Shown here: piece by piece, positions 28,126-37,645 of the stretch
How the letters are laid out: each line of letters opens with the position of its first letter
Numbering within the stretch: the stretch's first letter is position 1
DNA from: Ktedonobacteria bacterium
Lineage (GTDB): Bacteria > Chloroflexota > Ktedonobacteria > Ktedonobacterales > JACDGC01
Reading direction: 5' to 3'
Assembly (NCBI GenBank): GCA_027459705.1
Contig: DAIDHM010000123.1
Span: 2,538 to 66,537, forward strand
DNA length: 64,000 nucleotides
Made by a program: the position numbers and the translations under genes
Notes under the pieces: model-generated
What the model was told of the DNA's origin: nothing
The model's input: the letters and a program-made list of their open reading frames with translations, nothing else
The model's database searches: none

Positions 28126-28778
28126 GCTATGTATGTCACTTTCTAGGGTACGAAGACCCTAAACGTCGCAACCACCTGCCCAGTAGCTACGACATGAGCA
28201 TTTCCCGGCTCACCTTGCCTTCTTCGACGAAGAAAGCGATCCTTCTGGCAGAAAGTATACCAGACGGTCAAGTCAAAGTCCAGTGGAAATATGAGGAAAT
28301 TTCCGATCTTTCGGGGTTATGTTGGGTTATTTCATGTGCCGCAGGGTGGAAGGGTGGTACACAGGCGACACGCGGGGGCGGTTTGCCGCCGTCGAGTTGC
28401 CGCCATCGGGTTGCTGGCGAATAAATTCGTGCCTAGAGGCCTGTGGGCCGCGAAATCCGCCTTCGCGGATTGGGTCCTGAGGATCAAGAGGCACGCGTCG
28501 CTAACGGAGGAATGCATCTGACAAATCGATGATCAGGCCCTCTTCTATAAAATCCCTCAATTCTAGGCCTGCGCAGACGGGCTTTGTAGCAAGCAGACCC
28601 TTCGGGGCGTTTTAATCGCCCGCGCTCCTTACCACCTCGCGCCGTGCTTCCTACTACCGCGCGTGCGTGACCTGGAAATGCCATTGATGGCATCAATCCG
28701 CACCAGCTGAATGTGCGCTCCTCCCGCGGCCCGGCATATAATAGAATTCGACACATGGTGAGAGAGGATGTCGGGAAC

Positions 28779-29894
28779 ATGGCGCAACACCGCTTCGTCG
28801 CCGCAGTGCGGCGCGCAATCGCGGCCCATGATCTCTTCCCCCCCACCGGGACTGTCATCGTCGCCTGTTCTGGTGGGGCGGATTCGCTGGCGCTGTTATT
28901 AGCGCTAGATGCCCTCTGTGGCCAGGCGGGGCGGGCCTATCCCGCCGTTTCGCTGCACGTAGCGCACCTGGACCATGGGCTGCGCGGAGCGGAGAGCGCG
29001 GATGATGCTGCCTTCGTCGCCGCTGAGACCGCGCGACTGAATCTGGACGCGACGATTGCAACGCTGACCACTGCGGACCGTGCCGCCTGGCGCGGATCGC
29101 TGGAAGCCGCCGCCCGCCGCGCTCGTTATGCCTTCTTGCGCCAGGTGGCGCGGCAACGCGGCGCGGTGGCGATCGCCACCGGCCATACCGCCGACGACCA
29201 GGCTGAGACCGTCCTGCTCCACCTGTTACGCGGCAGTGGATTGGATGGCCTGGCGGGGATGCGACCCCGCAATGGTGACATCATCCGCCCGCTTCTCGAT
29301 TGCTGGCGGAGCACTACCGAGGAGTTTTGCCGTGACATGGGGCGCACACCGCGCGACGATAGCAGCAATCGCGAACCGCGCTATCTGCGCAACCGGGTCC
29401 GCCATGAACTCATCCCGCTGGCTGAGCAGCTGCAGCCGCGCTGCAAGGCCGCCCTGGTTCGCAATGCCGCGCTGATCGCCGACGACCGCGCTGCGTTAGA
29501 GGCCGCGACCGATGCCGCCTGGCCTGGTATCATTCAGTCGGAGATCATCCCATTGAGCGATCAGGAACGCGCCGCATGGATCCGGCTGAGCGCCGAGCAT
29601 GCTGGTGCGGAGGTGGCAGCTGAATTCATCACCGCGATTACTCGTACGGACCTGCGCATGCTGGCGCCCGCCATCCGCCATCGCGTCATCCGGCGCGCGC
29701 TGGATCATTGCGGCAGCGCCGATCCTGATGCCCAGGTCGATGCCGCGAGCATCGCTCGTATTGAACGCGTCGCGCTGGATGCGCGCGGCACACCGCGCAT
29801 CGTCGAGATCGGCACTGGCGCGGTCATCTTTGTGACGCGGACACACATCCTGTTCGCACCACCCCAACGGCGCGATCCGCGCGCGGAGGTTTGA
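28779..29894 (+). CDS. tilS: tRNA(Ile)-lysidine synthetase
   Basis: PP-loop VACSGGADSLALL, then HLDHGLRG and ATGHTADDQAETVL. Alternative in-frame starts at 28755 and 28713. Confidence 0.9.
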   Translation: MAQHRFVAAVRRAIAAHDLFPPTGTVIVACSGGADSLALLLALDALCGQAGRAYPAVSLHVAHLDHGLRGAESADDAAFVAAETARLNLDATIATLTTADRAAWRGSLEAAARRARYAFLRQVARQRGAVAIATGHTADDQAETVLLHLLRGSGLDGLAGMRPRNGDIIRPLLDCWRSTTEEFCRDMGRTPRDDSSNREPRYLRNRVRHELIPLAEQLQPRCKAALVRNAALIADDRAALEAATDAAWPGIIQSEIIPLSDQERAAWIRLSAEHAGAEVAAEFITAITRTDLRMLAPAIRHRVIRRALDHCGSADPDAQVDAASIARIERVALDARGTPRIVEIGTGAVIFVTRTHILFAPPQRRDPRAEV

Positions 29895-29902
29895 TCATCA
29901 CT

Positions 29903-30817
29903 ATGGGAGCACCTGAGCCACAGACCTGGGGAGATCTGCTCCGCCAGGGCACTGCCGCCTTGCGTCAAGCCGAAGGCCCCACTCCGCACCTCGATGCGTC
30001 AATCCTGCTGGGGCACCTGCTGGATGTGCCACGGACCGCCCTACTGGCGCACCCTACCCGTGAGGCCACGCCTGAGATCATCACCGCGTACGCCGACCTC
30101 ATCGCGCGCCGCGCCGCTGGTGAGCCCGTCGCCTATCTGACCGGACATCGCGATTTCATGGGTTTGGACATCAAGGTCGATCGCCGCGTCCTGGTGCCAC
30201 GACCAGAGACCGAGCTGGTCGTGGAAGCCGCCCTCGGCGCGCTGAGCGATCGGTTGGGTCCACCTCCCGACGCCACCGACACCCCAACCGAGTCCCCGCC
30301 GCACATCGACATCCTGGCGGCCGATATCGGCACCGGTAGTGGTGCCATCGCTATTGCGCTGGCGTCACTGGACACGCGCATTGGCCGTGTTTACGCTATC
30401 GAACAGTCAACGGCGGCACTGGAGGTCGCGCGGCACAATGGCGACCGGTTGGGGGTCAGCGATCGTGTTTCCTGGCTATTGGGGGATCTGCTGGAGGCGC
30501 TACCCGCCGCGGTCGATCTGATCGTCGCCAATCTGCCCTATGTGCCAGATCAACCTGGCGCCGCCGAGCCGAATGTCGTAACCTATGAGCCACACGCCGC
30601 GGTCTTCGGACCCGATGCCGATGGACTGGGACTAATTCGACGCCTCATTGCCCAGGCACCGCCTAAGCTCCGACCAGGAGGCATTCTCGTCATGGAACAT
30701 GGCTATGATCAGCGCGCGGCGATCGCGGCGACGCTGGCGCGGGTGTTCCCGACAGCACGGGTGAGCTTTGGCAAGGATTACGCTGGCTGGGATCGCTATG
30801 TGGTCGTTCATACATAA
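29903..30817 (+). CDS. prmC: Release-factor glutamine N5-methyltransferase (PrmC/HemK)
   Basis: SAM motif DIGTGSGAIAI. The catalytic tetrad reads NLPY (30530-30541) instead of NPPY. The upstream in-frame TTG 29891 overlaps the tilS stop. Confidence 0.85.
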   Translation: MGAPEPQTWGDLLRQGTAALRQAEGPTPHLDASILLGHLLDVPRTALLAHPTREATPEIITAYADLIARRAAGEPVAYLTGHRDFMGLDIKVDRRVLVPRPETELVVEAALGALSDRLGPPPDATDTPTESPPHIDILAADIGTGSGAIAIALASLDTRIGRVYAIEQSTAALEVARHNGDRLGVSDRVSWLLGDLLEALPAAVDLIVANLPYVPDQPGAAEPNVVTYEPHAAVFGPDADGLGLIRRLIAQAPPKLRPGGILVMEHGYDQRAAIAATLARVFPTARVSFGKDYAGWDRYVVVHT

Positions 30818-30894
30818 GGGGCGCTCGCCTTTTCCGCCCCAGCCGCGTTGGTGCGGGCATTGGCAAGCACGCCCGTCGGCGCCTACACAGTCAT

Positions 30895-32862
30895 TCAGTG
30901 CACGATGAAGACCAGGCGCTGTGCGACATCCCCATTCCAGGTGACTGTCACGGTGTACGTGTCAGCTTGCAAGGAGGGGGCGTAGTGATAATAAGCCGTT
31001 GCCGCGGCATTGGGCACGTCGTAGGTCGCCGATCCAGTCTTGAGAATAGTGCCATCACTGCCCGTCACTGTCACTGTGATGTGCCCAGGACCGTATCCAG
31101 CGGCGATGCAGATATTCAGATAGACAGTGCTGCCCACCGGGAAGGTGGTGCGGTTGAGATTCGCACTACAGGAGAGATCTGGTCCATTCGTCAGTGTTGC
31201 CCGCGGAATGGCCAGGGCTGCCATGGTGTTGATAGTGGCAGTTGCCGTTGGGCCGACACTGGTCGCTGTCGGCCCAACGGAGGTCGCTGTCGCCGCAGTG
31301 GTCGTGGGCTGGCTGGTTCCCACGCTCGTCAGCGACGAGCCAGAGTTCCCCTGATTATTGTTGCTGAGATGACTGATGATCAAGAACGCGAGCAATGCAA
31401 CCCCCAACACCGCGACGACGATCGTGGGTAAGCGCCAGCGACTACCCGACGAGAATTGATGGGGTAGCGGGCGCGGCAGGGGCTCTGATGGTCGCCGCAC
31501 CGGGCGACTCTCGCGGCGACCACTGTCGCCACCAAGTGCCGGTGCGGCGATAGGGGTTTGCACGGTGCCCCGGTCGGCGATATCTGGCGTGCCCACCGCG
31601 ACGGACACGGGGGTCATATGCGTCGGCAATTCAGCGACATCGGGCATGCTGGGTCGCGGGTGAGTCAATGGATGGCTCTTGAAGCGGGGTCCGGAAGGAG
31701 TAGGGTGCGTGATGCGAGGATGGGCTGGCTCGGCCATCGGCAGCATCTCTTGGGTTTTACGCGCGGTCATATCGTCGCCACGCTGCGTCGGAACCCTGGC
31801 CGCGTCGGGCAATTGCGACAGATCGAGCGAAGGATGCACTGGCTCTTCACCCATAGGTGGAATTGAAATGCCAGGTGGATTCACTGGCATGAACGGCGGG
31901 GGTACGAGCAATCCCGGCGTCCCGCGGTCGCCATGGTTTTGTAGATTGAGGTCATCATTCGACTCGCGCAGATCGAGTTGAGACAAGGGGGTCGTCAGTG
32001 GCCGCGAACGCCGAATGACCTTATCCGTCGGTTCGATAAAGGGATGGAGCGCTTCAGCAAACGCCGCCGCCGTCGGAAAGCGATCATTCGGATTTTTCGC
32101 CAGTGCCTCTTCGATGATCAGGGCGAGCGCCCGCGGCACCTCGGGGTTGAAACCACGAACATACGCTGGTCGGGTGTGCACATGCTGGTAGCAGATCGAG
32201 AGCGCTGTCGGACCGACAAAGGGCGGTCGCCCGGCCAGCGACTCATATAGTACACAGGCCAGTCCATAGATATCCGCCCGGGGATCGATCTCTTCGCCTT
32301 TGGCTTGTTCGGGCGCCATGTATTCGGGTGTGCCGACCGCGGTGCCAGTCTTGGTTACGCCTTTCTGACCGATGATCTTGGCAATGCCAAAGTCCGCCAG
32401 CAGCAGATGGTGAGGATCACGATCGTCGATGAGCATATTAGCGGGTTTGACATCACGATGGATGATGTCATGGCGGTGGGCATGGTCAAGTGCCTGCGCC
32501 ATCTGCACCGCCATCGAACAGGCCTCCGCAATCGAGAGCGGCTTGCCCAGACGACTGCGATATGTCCCCCCCATGACGAGTTGCATAGCGATGTAAACAA
32601 ACTCATCCGTCTGATCAGTATCAAAGACGCGCACGATGTTGGGATGATCTAAGCGCAAGACCGCGCGCGCTTCATGCTCGAAGCGCCGCGAGAAGCCTCG
32701 CGAATCGCTACTATCGGCACTCGATGCCATAACTTTGATGGCGGCATCTCCGCCGGTGACGGCGTTGCGCGCGCGATACACACGCGACATGCCACCCCGC
32801 GCAATCTCTGCCTCGATGAGATAATCACCAAGGCGCGCGCCAATCAAATCATTCCATCCCAT
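30895..32862 (-). CDS. Membrane Ser/Thr protein kinase (Hanks type) with an extracellular beta-rich domain
   Basis: GGMSRVYRA...AIKV, HRDVKPANML, DFGIA, GTPEYMAPE. Single TM (LPTIVVAVLGVALLAFLII). (GPTATSV)n repeat and a C-terminal Ig-like domain. GAGG SD lies before ATG 32862. Confidence 0.9.
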   Translation of the reverse strand: MGWNDLIGARLGDYLIEAEIARGGMSRVYRARNAVTGGDAAIKVMASSADSSDSRGFSRRFEHEARAVLRLDHPNIVRVFDTDQTDEFVYIAMQLVMGGTYRSRLGKPLSIAEACSMAVQMAQALDHAHRHDIIHRDVKPANMLIDDRDPHHLLLADFGIAKIIGQKGVTKTGTAVGTPEYMAPEQAKGEEIDPRADIYGLACVLYESLAGRPPFVGPTALSICYQHVHTRPAYVRGFNPEVPRALALIIEEALAKNPNDRFPTAAAFAEALHPFIEPTDKVIRRSRPLTTPLSQLDLRESNDDLNLQNHGDRGTPGLLVPPPFMPVNPPGISIPPMGEEPVHPSLDLSQLPDAARVPTQRGDDMTARKTQEMLPMAEPAHPRITHPTPSGPRFKSHPLTHPRPSMPDVAELPTHMTPVSVAVGTPDIADRGTVQTPIAAPALGGDSGRRESRPVRRPSEPLPRPLPHQFSSGSRWRLPTIVVAVLGVALLAFLIISHLSNNNQGNSGSSLTSVGTSQPTTTAATATSVGPTATSVGPTATATINTMAALAIPRATLTNGPDLSCSANLNRTTFPVGSTVYLNICIAAGYGPGHITVTVTGSDGTILKTGSATYDVPNAAATAYYHYAPSLQADTYTVTVTWNGDVAQRLVFIVH

Positions 32863-33141
32863 GCCACGCCTCATTATTCAACAGCTGACCTGCGTTGTCT
32901 GGAGATCGCGCTGCAATTATCCACTGCTAGACTATAGCTATTCTAACCCATGACCGAACCTGCTGTATAGGCAATAGACAAGATGGCGAGAAAATGGCCT
33001 ATCGCCTGGCTTGCGGAGCCTTCAATTGGTCATACGGACTGAGACAAATGTCCCAGTCCGTATGGGGGAGCGCGCAAGTGCACGGTCGCGATATCGCGCG
33101 CGGCCACCGCTCGTCACGACCCAATGGCGGCGAGGCCACCC

Positions 33142-33915
33142 TCATTGGCCGGTGAATTTGGGCTCGCGCTTCGCGATGAAAGCCGCCATGCCTTCTTTTT
33201 GATCGGCAGAGGCAAAGAGCGTCGCGAAAATCTGCTTCTCCATCGCCAGCCCGACCTCCTGCGGCGTCTCGAATGCGGCATTGACGGCGGCTTTGGCGGC
33301 GCGGAGGGCCAGGGGTGATTTTTTGGCGATGCCGCGGGCGATGGTCCTGGCGGCCTCCAGGTGTTGCCCAGCCGGGACCACCTGGTTCACCAGACCCAGG
33401 GCGTGCAATTCGGCGGCGGTGAAATTGCGGCCTGTCAGCACCATCTCCATCGCGATGAATTTGCCCAGCGAGCGCGACAAGCGCTGCGTGCCACCTGCGC
33501 CGGGGATGATACCCAGGTTGATCTCGGGCTGGCCGAAGCGCGCATTCTCGCTGGCAACAATGATATCGCAATGCATCGCGAGCTCGCAGCCACCGCCCAA
33601 GGCAAAGCCACCGACCGCCGCGATCAATGGATTCTTGATCCGCCGGATGCGGTCCCAGGCCGAAAATTCACCGGTTGACATCGTCACGGGCGTCTGATCG
33701 GCCATCTCTTTGATATCAGCGCCCGCGGCAAACGCCCGGTCACCCGCACCCGTCAGAATGACGCAGCGGATGGCGCTGTCGCGATCGAATTCTTCCAGAG
33801 CAGTGGCGATCTCGCCCACCATCTGCCAGTTCAAAGCGTTCAGTTGCTGTGGTCGATTGAGTGTGACGACCGCGATGCCTTCGTCGCGTTCCACCAGAAT
33901 GTATTGATATTCCAT
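33142..33915 (-). CDS. Enoyl-CoA hydratase (crotonase family)
   Basis: VVTLNRPQQLNALN...FAAGADIKEM...GGGCELAMHCDIIVA. Start at ATG 33915. Confidence 0.9.
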   Translation of the reverse strand: MEYQYILVERDEGIAVVTLNRPQQLNALNWQMVGEIATALEEFDRDSAIRCVILTGAGDRAFAAGADIKEMADQTPVTMSTGEFSAWDRIRRIKNPLIAAVGGFALGGGCELAMHCDIIVASENARFGQPEINLGIIPGAGGTQRLSRSLGKFIAMEMVLTGRNFTAAELHALGLVNQVVPAGQHLEAARTIARGIAKKSPLALRAAKAAVNAAFETPQEVGLAMEKQIFATLFASADQKEGMAAFIAKREPKFTGQ

Positions 33916-34170
33916 CGTGGCGCTGATCTCCTCCAAAACTCTGTGCGTGGCATCACCGCCACGCGGACCTGTGCACAGTAGCACATCAGTTTTCGTTTAG
34001 CATTCTATCGGCGTTTCGTTCCCTGATTGAAAGTGGCGTGTGCCGAAGGAACAGATGCCAAACAAATGACGCCAGGCTCTCGTCTGTCACTTGCAGCATA
34101 GGCAGGGCAACGGCGCGGCGTCAAGATCGGTGATGGGATTGCGATTATGACAAAAAAGCTAAAAGGAAGC

Positions 34171-34200
34171 TTGACAAGCACATCATAACCCAGGTATACT
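34171..34200 (+). promoter_or_regulatory. Near-consensus sigma-70 promoter
   Basis: TTGACA (34171-34176), 18-nt spacer, TATACT (34195-34200), preceded by an A-rich UP-like tract. Confidence 0.6.
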
Positions 34201-34427
34201 GTTTGTACCAGGCAGTGAAATAGGCGTGGCTACAGTGGCACATTGCTCAAGCGTCGCTCCGCAGTACTATCAATATTCAGAAGATCTGGGAAACGCCACC
34301 GCATCTTCCGGGGATGGCATCCAATTCATATTCCTCGATGGCCAAGGATGCGGCAATGCAAACAACTTATACTACGAAGATGTTGACGCAGTCTGAGTGA
34401 TGTGTCGTTCACAAGGGAGATCATTCG

Positions 34428-34622
34428 ATGAGCAACGTATCATTAAGGCTTATGCTGAGTGGTATCGCGGTACTGCTCTTCGCAAACATGCAACCGTTCA
34501 AGTACATTGAGGCGTTGTTTTTTAATTTCTCGATCCTCCCCTACTATAACCAATATATCACTTTGATACTCGCTATCGGAGGGTTAGCCCTGGTTCTCGT
34601 CGGCGCTTTCCGCCGGAATTGA
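34428..34622 (+). CDS. Small hydrophobic protein (64 aa, 2 predicted TM)
   Basis: GGGAG SD 8 nt before the ATG. MSNVSLRLMLSGIAVLLFANM...ITLILAIGGLALVLVGAFRRN. Visibly lower GC than flanking genes. No family recognised. Confidence 0.5.
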   Translation: MSNVSLRLMLSGIAVLLFANMQPFKYIEALFFNFSILPYYNQYITLILAIGGLALVLVGAFRRN

Positions 34623-34739
34623 TCGTGTTGCGGCAACGCTTGAAACACTCAGAGCCTTTGACGCAGGCGGATGGCTGTGTTGACGTCGATTTCAGATAGT
34701 CAATGCACACTTGATGATGACACGCGAGTAGCGTGATGG

Positions 34740-34766
34740 GGCCGAGGTATCCTCGGCCTCATTTTT
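34740..34766 (+). terminator. Rho-independent terminator
   Basis: GGCCGAGG-TAT-CCTCGGCC stem-loop followed by TCATTTTT. Confidence 0.75.
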
Positions 34767-34888
34767 CATATGATTGTGAACGAAGCACATTGACAGGTAC
34801 CCTGGCCAGATGCATAGAGTGTGGTGATGGGTCTGCTCGCGATACGTAACCAGGGCGCGATCGTCACCACGCCATCAGGAGGGTTTGC

Positions 34889-35734
34889 ATGGGATATCCC
34901 CAGGACACACCATATTCGTATTCCCCCCAGGCCATAGGCACTCCATCCGCGTCGCCCAGCGATTATTCCTCCTTGCCCGAAAACGGTCCCGCTGAACCTG
35001 CGCGCGGATCGATCTTGCAAGCCTGGTTGATGATTGGCATTCATCCCGCCCGACGACGAATCGCCAGCTGGGCGCAGGGATTGTCGAATAACTGGCTCAC
35101 GCCGACATTGATGGCGATTGGCGTGCTGGCCGCGATCTCCGCGCTGGTGGGCGGTGGTGTCTATTTCGCCACCAACAGCGAGGTGGCGCGCGGCGGTGGG
35201 CAAGCCTTCGGCGCTACAACCCTCGTTCCATATAGCATCGGTCGCCTCATCGCCGCCATTTTCGAGAGCGTGATCACCTCCCTCCTTGCCCCACTTGGCG
35301 CGGCGGCGGGCCTGGCCATCTTCCTGAATCGCAGCTATGGCGACTTCTCCCAACGGTTCATGCGGATCTTAAAGCCTGTCGCGCTGGCGGTGGTATCCGT
35401 CACGGCCGTGGGCATCCTCTTCAATGGCCTCACCACCGGAATCTCGACGAAGATCCTCCCGCAAGTCGCGCAACTCTCCCAATATAGCGGCAAGTCCGAC
35501 CAGGCATCCGTCAATGCGGTGCTCCAGATTCTCCAGAACATTTTGCCGATGATCCTGCTCTCGGTCGGGTTGGGGGGCATATTTCTGGCCTATGCGACCG
35601 TCCAATATGTGCAAGCGGGCGCGATTGGCACCAACTTAAACCGCTGGGCGGTCTTCGGCATCTTATTGCTCACGCTGATCGTCTGGGGCATTGTCTCGGC
35701 GCTCATCAACATCCCCTTCGGGCTGATTGGCTGA
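34889..35734 (+). CDS. Polytopic membrane protein (Yip1-like topology) with a Pro/Tyr/Ser-rich N-terminus
   Basis: GGAGG SD 6 nt before the ATG. About 5 TM segments after a ~45-aa low-complexity head. No confident family call. Confidence 0.6.
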   Translation: MGYPQDTPYSYSPQAIGTPSASPSDYSSLPENGPAEPARGSILQAWLMIGIHPARRRIASWAQGLSNNWLTPTLMAIGVLAAISALVGGGVYFATNSEVARGGGQAFGATTLVPYSIGRLIAAIFESVITSLLAPLGAAAGLAIFLNRSYGDFSQRFMRILKPVALAVVSVTAVGILFNGLTTGISTKILPQVAQLSQYSGKSDQASVNAVLQILQNILPMILLSVGLGGIFLAYATVQYVQAGAIGTNLNRWAVFGILLLTLIVWGIVSALINIPFGLIG

Positions 35735-35762
35735 AAGAAGGTTTCCCTTGGCAGTTTCTGGC

Positions 35763-36686
35763 ATGGACAACATTGTCATTCAAACCCATGCGCTGACCAA
35801 GACTTTTGGCAAGCGCACCGCCGTCAATCAACTGCACATCGAGGTGCGGCGCGGCGAGATCTTTGGCTTCCTCGGGCCGAATGGCGCGGGCAAGACGACG
35901 ACGATCCGCATGTTGCTAGGCTTGATCACGCCGACTTCGGGGTCCATCTCCATCCTGGGCCGACCCGTGACGACCGAACATACAGAGGTTTTGCCGCGCG
36001 TCGGCGCCTTGATCGAAACCCCCGCGCTCTACAATTATATGAACGGCCGCGATAATTTGCGTACGGTCGCCAGTATGTTTGGCCCAGTGGACGAGCGCCA
36101 GATCGACAATGTCCTGACGATCGTCGGGTTAGCAGGGCGTCAACGCGACCGCGTGCAGAACTATTCGCTTGGCATGAAACAACGTCTGGGCGTGGCGATG
36201 GCCATGTTGAACGATCCACACCTGTTAGTTTTAGACGAACCCGCCAATGGGCTGGACCCGGCGGGTATCGTCGAGATGCGCGATCTGATGCGCAATCTCG
36301 CGGCGATCGGCAAGACAGTTCTTATCTCCAGCCATGTGCTGGGTGAGGTACAGCAGATCTGCACCCGTGTGGCGATCATCAACAATGGCATCCTGATCCG
36401 TGAGGCCAGCGTCGATGAATTAACACGCGGCCAGGGCATCTATGTGGTCTTCGTCGAACGCGTCGCCGAGGCGCTGGCGCTGGTGCAGGCCCAGCCCTGG
36501 GGTGCGCAAGCGGTGGTGAATCCGCAAGGCGCGCTGATGACGGCGGCGCCCAACGGTCTGGGCCGCGAATTGAATACCTTCCTGTCGCAGGCTGGCTATG
36601 TTCCCGACGCGTTGTATTACCAGCAAGAGACATTAGAGCAAGTCTTCTTGCGGCTCACGGCCAACCCCGGTGGAGGCATTCGATGA
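35763..36686 (+). CDS. ABC transporter ATP-binding protein (ABC-2 / bacitracin-lantibiotic-immunity type)
   Basis: GPNGAGKTTTIRML, YSLGMKQRLGVA, LVLDEPANGLD. Start at ATG 35763 (MDNIVIQTHALTKTFG). Confidence 0.9.
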   Translation: MDNIVIQTHALTKTFGKRTAVNQLHIEVRRGEIFGFLGPNGAGKTTTIRMLLGLITPTSGSISILGRPVTTEHTEVLPRVGALIETPALYNYMNGRDNLRTVASMFGPVDERQIDNVLTIVGLAGRQRDRVQNYSLGMKQRLGVAMAMLNDPHLLVLDEPANGLDPAGIVEMRDLMRNLAAIGKTVLISSHVLGEVQQICTRVAIINNGILIREASVDELTRGQGIYVVFVERVAEALALVQAQPWGAQAVVNPQGALMTAAPNGLGRELNTFLSQAGYVPDALYYQQETLEQVFLRLTANPGGGIR

Positions 36687-37645
36687 CACAGACACCTGCG
36701 AGTGCGCAACTTACCATGGTCAGTCAGGGCGGCCACGACCAGCCAGCGTTTGGCGGGATGGTGCGATCCGAACTCATCAAATTCACGCGCCAGCGTTTTT
36801 TGTGGTGGTTCGTCGGCGGAATGTTCCTGCTCACCCTTCTGCGCGGGCTGATCATCTTGCCAATCGCGCTCGGCGCGAACAACACTGGCGGCCCTGGTAT
36901 TTTGAATAGTTCGGCACAGGATAATGCTTATCAGGTGATGACACAGGCGATGTCGATCGTCCATGACATCTCGGGCCTCTTCGTGATGGTCACGGCCGTC
37001 TTCATTTTCGCGCGCGAATACCAGGGCGGGACGATCCGCATTGTGTTGGCGCGTGGCGCTGGCCGCTTGCGTTTGCTGGGCGCGAAATTCGCCGCATTGG
37101 CAATCACGAGCTTTGCCATGCTGGCGTTGTTGCTCGTCGTCACGTTGGGTATCATCGCCACCGCTTCCACGCTCGTCCTGCACGATCTGAGCCTGTTGAC
37201 CAATGTTGCCAGTTATTACTGGAGTGATGTCGGCACGTACCTCCTGGGGATCGTCGTCAACCTGATTGCTTCTGGCATATTCGCGGTCTTCCTCTCTGTG
37301 TTGGGGCGCACGCTTGTCTTTGGCATCGGCATCGCCTTGCCGTATTTCTTTGCCGAAAGCATCATCAGCACTATCTTGACGGCTGTCGCGCTCTCAACGC
37401 GGAATGCCGTCTGGTACAACATCACAACCTTTTTCTTCGGCGTCAATCTCAATCAGGTGGCGTCGACTATCACGGGCCCGCGTGTCAATACCCTGAACTC
37501 ACTGACCCAGGTCCTCCTGCGCGCGGCTATTCCAGGTCTGGTCACGGTCGATGGGACCCGCACCCTGATCGTCATTGGTATCTATGCCGCGCTCTTCCTG
37601 ATCGGTGCCATTTTCCTCACCCAACGGCGCGATGTGACTCAATGA
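36683..37645 (+). CDS. ABC-2 family permease
   Basis: 6 TM. ATGA overlap with the ATPase stop, with GGAGG SD. Confidence 0.8.
   Translation: MTQTPASAQLTMVSQGGHDQPAFGGMVRSELIKFTRQRFLWWFVGGMFLLTLLRGLIILPIALGANNTGGPGILNSSAQDNAYQVMTQAMSIVHDISGLFVMVTAVFIFAREYQGGTIRIVLARGAGRLRLLGAKFAALAITSFAMLALLLVVTLGIIATASTLVLHDLSLLTNVASYYWSDVGTYLLGIVVNLIASGIFAVFLSVLGRTLVFGIGIALPYFFAESIISTILTAVALSTRNAVWYNITTFFFGVNLNQVASTITGPRVNTLNSLTQVLLRAAIPGLVTVDGTRTLIVIGIYAALFLIGAIFLTQRRDVTQ

Noticed and set aside
28126-28778. Possibility that the long msmX-tilS spacer holds RNase P RNA, tmRNA or SRP RNA.
   Set aside because: I found none of the diagnostic strings on either strand: GAGGAAAGTCC for RNase P, a GGTTCGA-type T-arm with a CCA end or a plausible ...LAA tag frame for tmRNA, or the SRP domain IV loop. 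The region is kept only as an unclassified structured region in the findings.
30530-30541. NPPY replaced by NLPY in PrmC (and NLPF in the THUMP methyltransferase) as a sign of inactivation.
   Set aside because: This is a conservative second-position change, with the Asn and the aromatic residue retained in both enzymes. It is most likely a lineage-typical variant, though I cannot check it without alignments.
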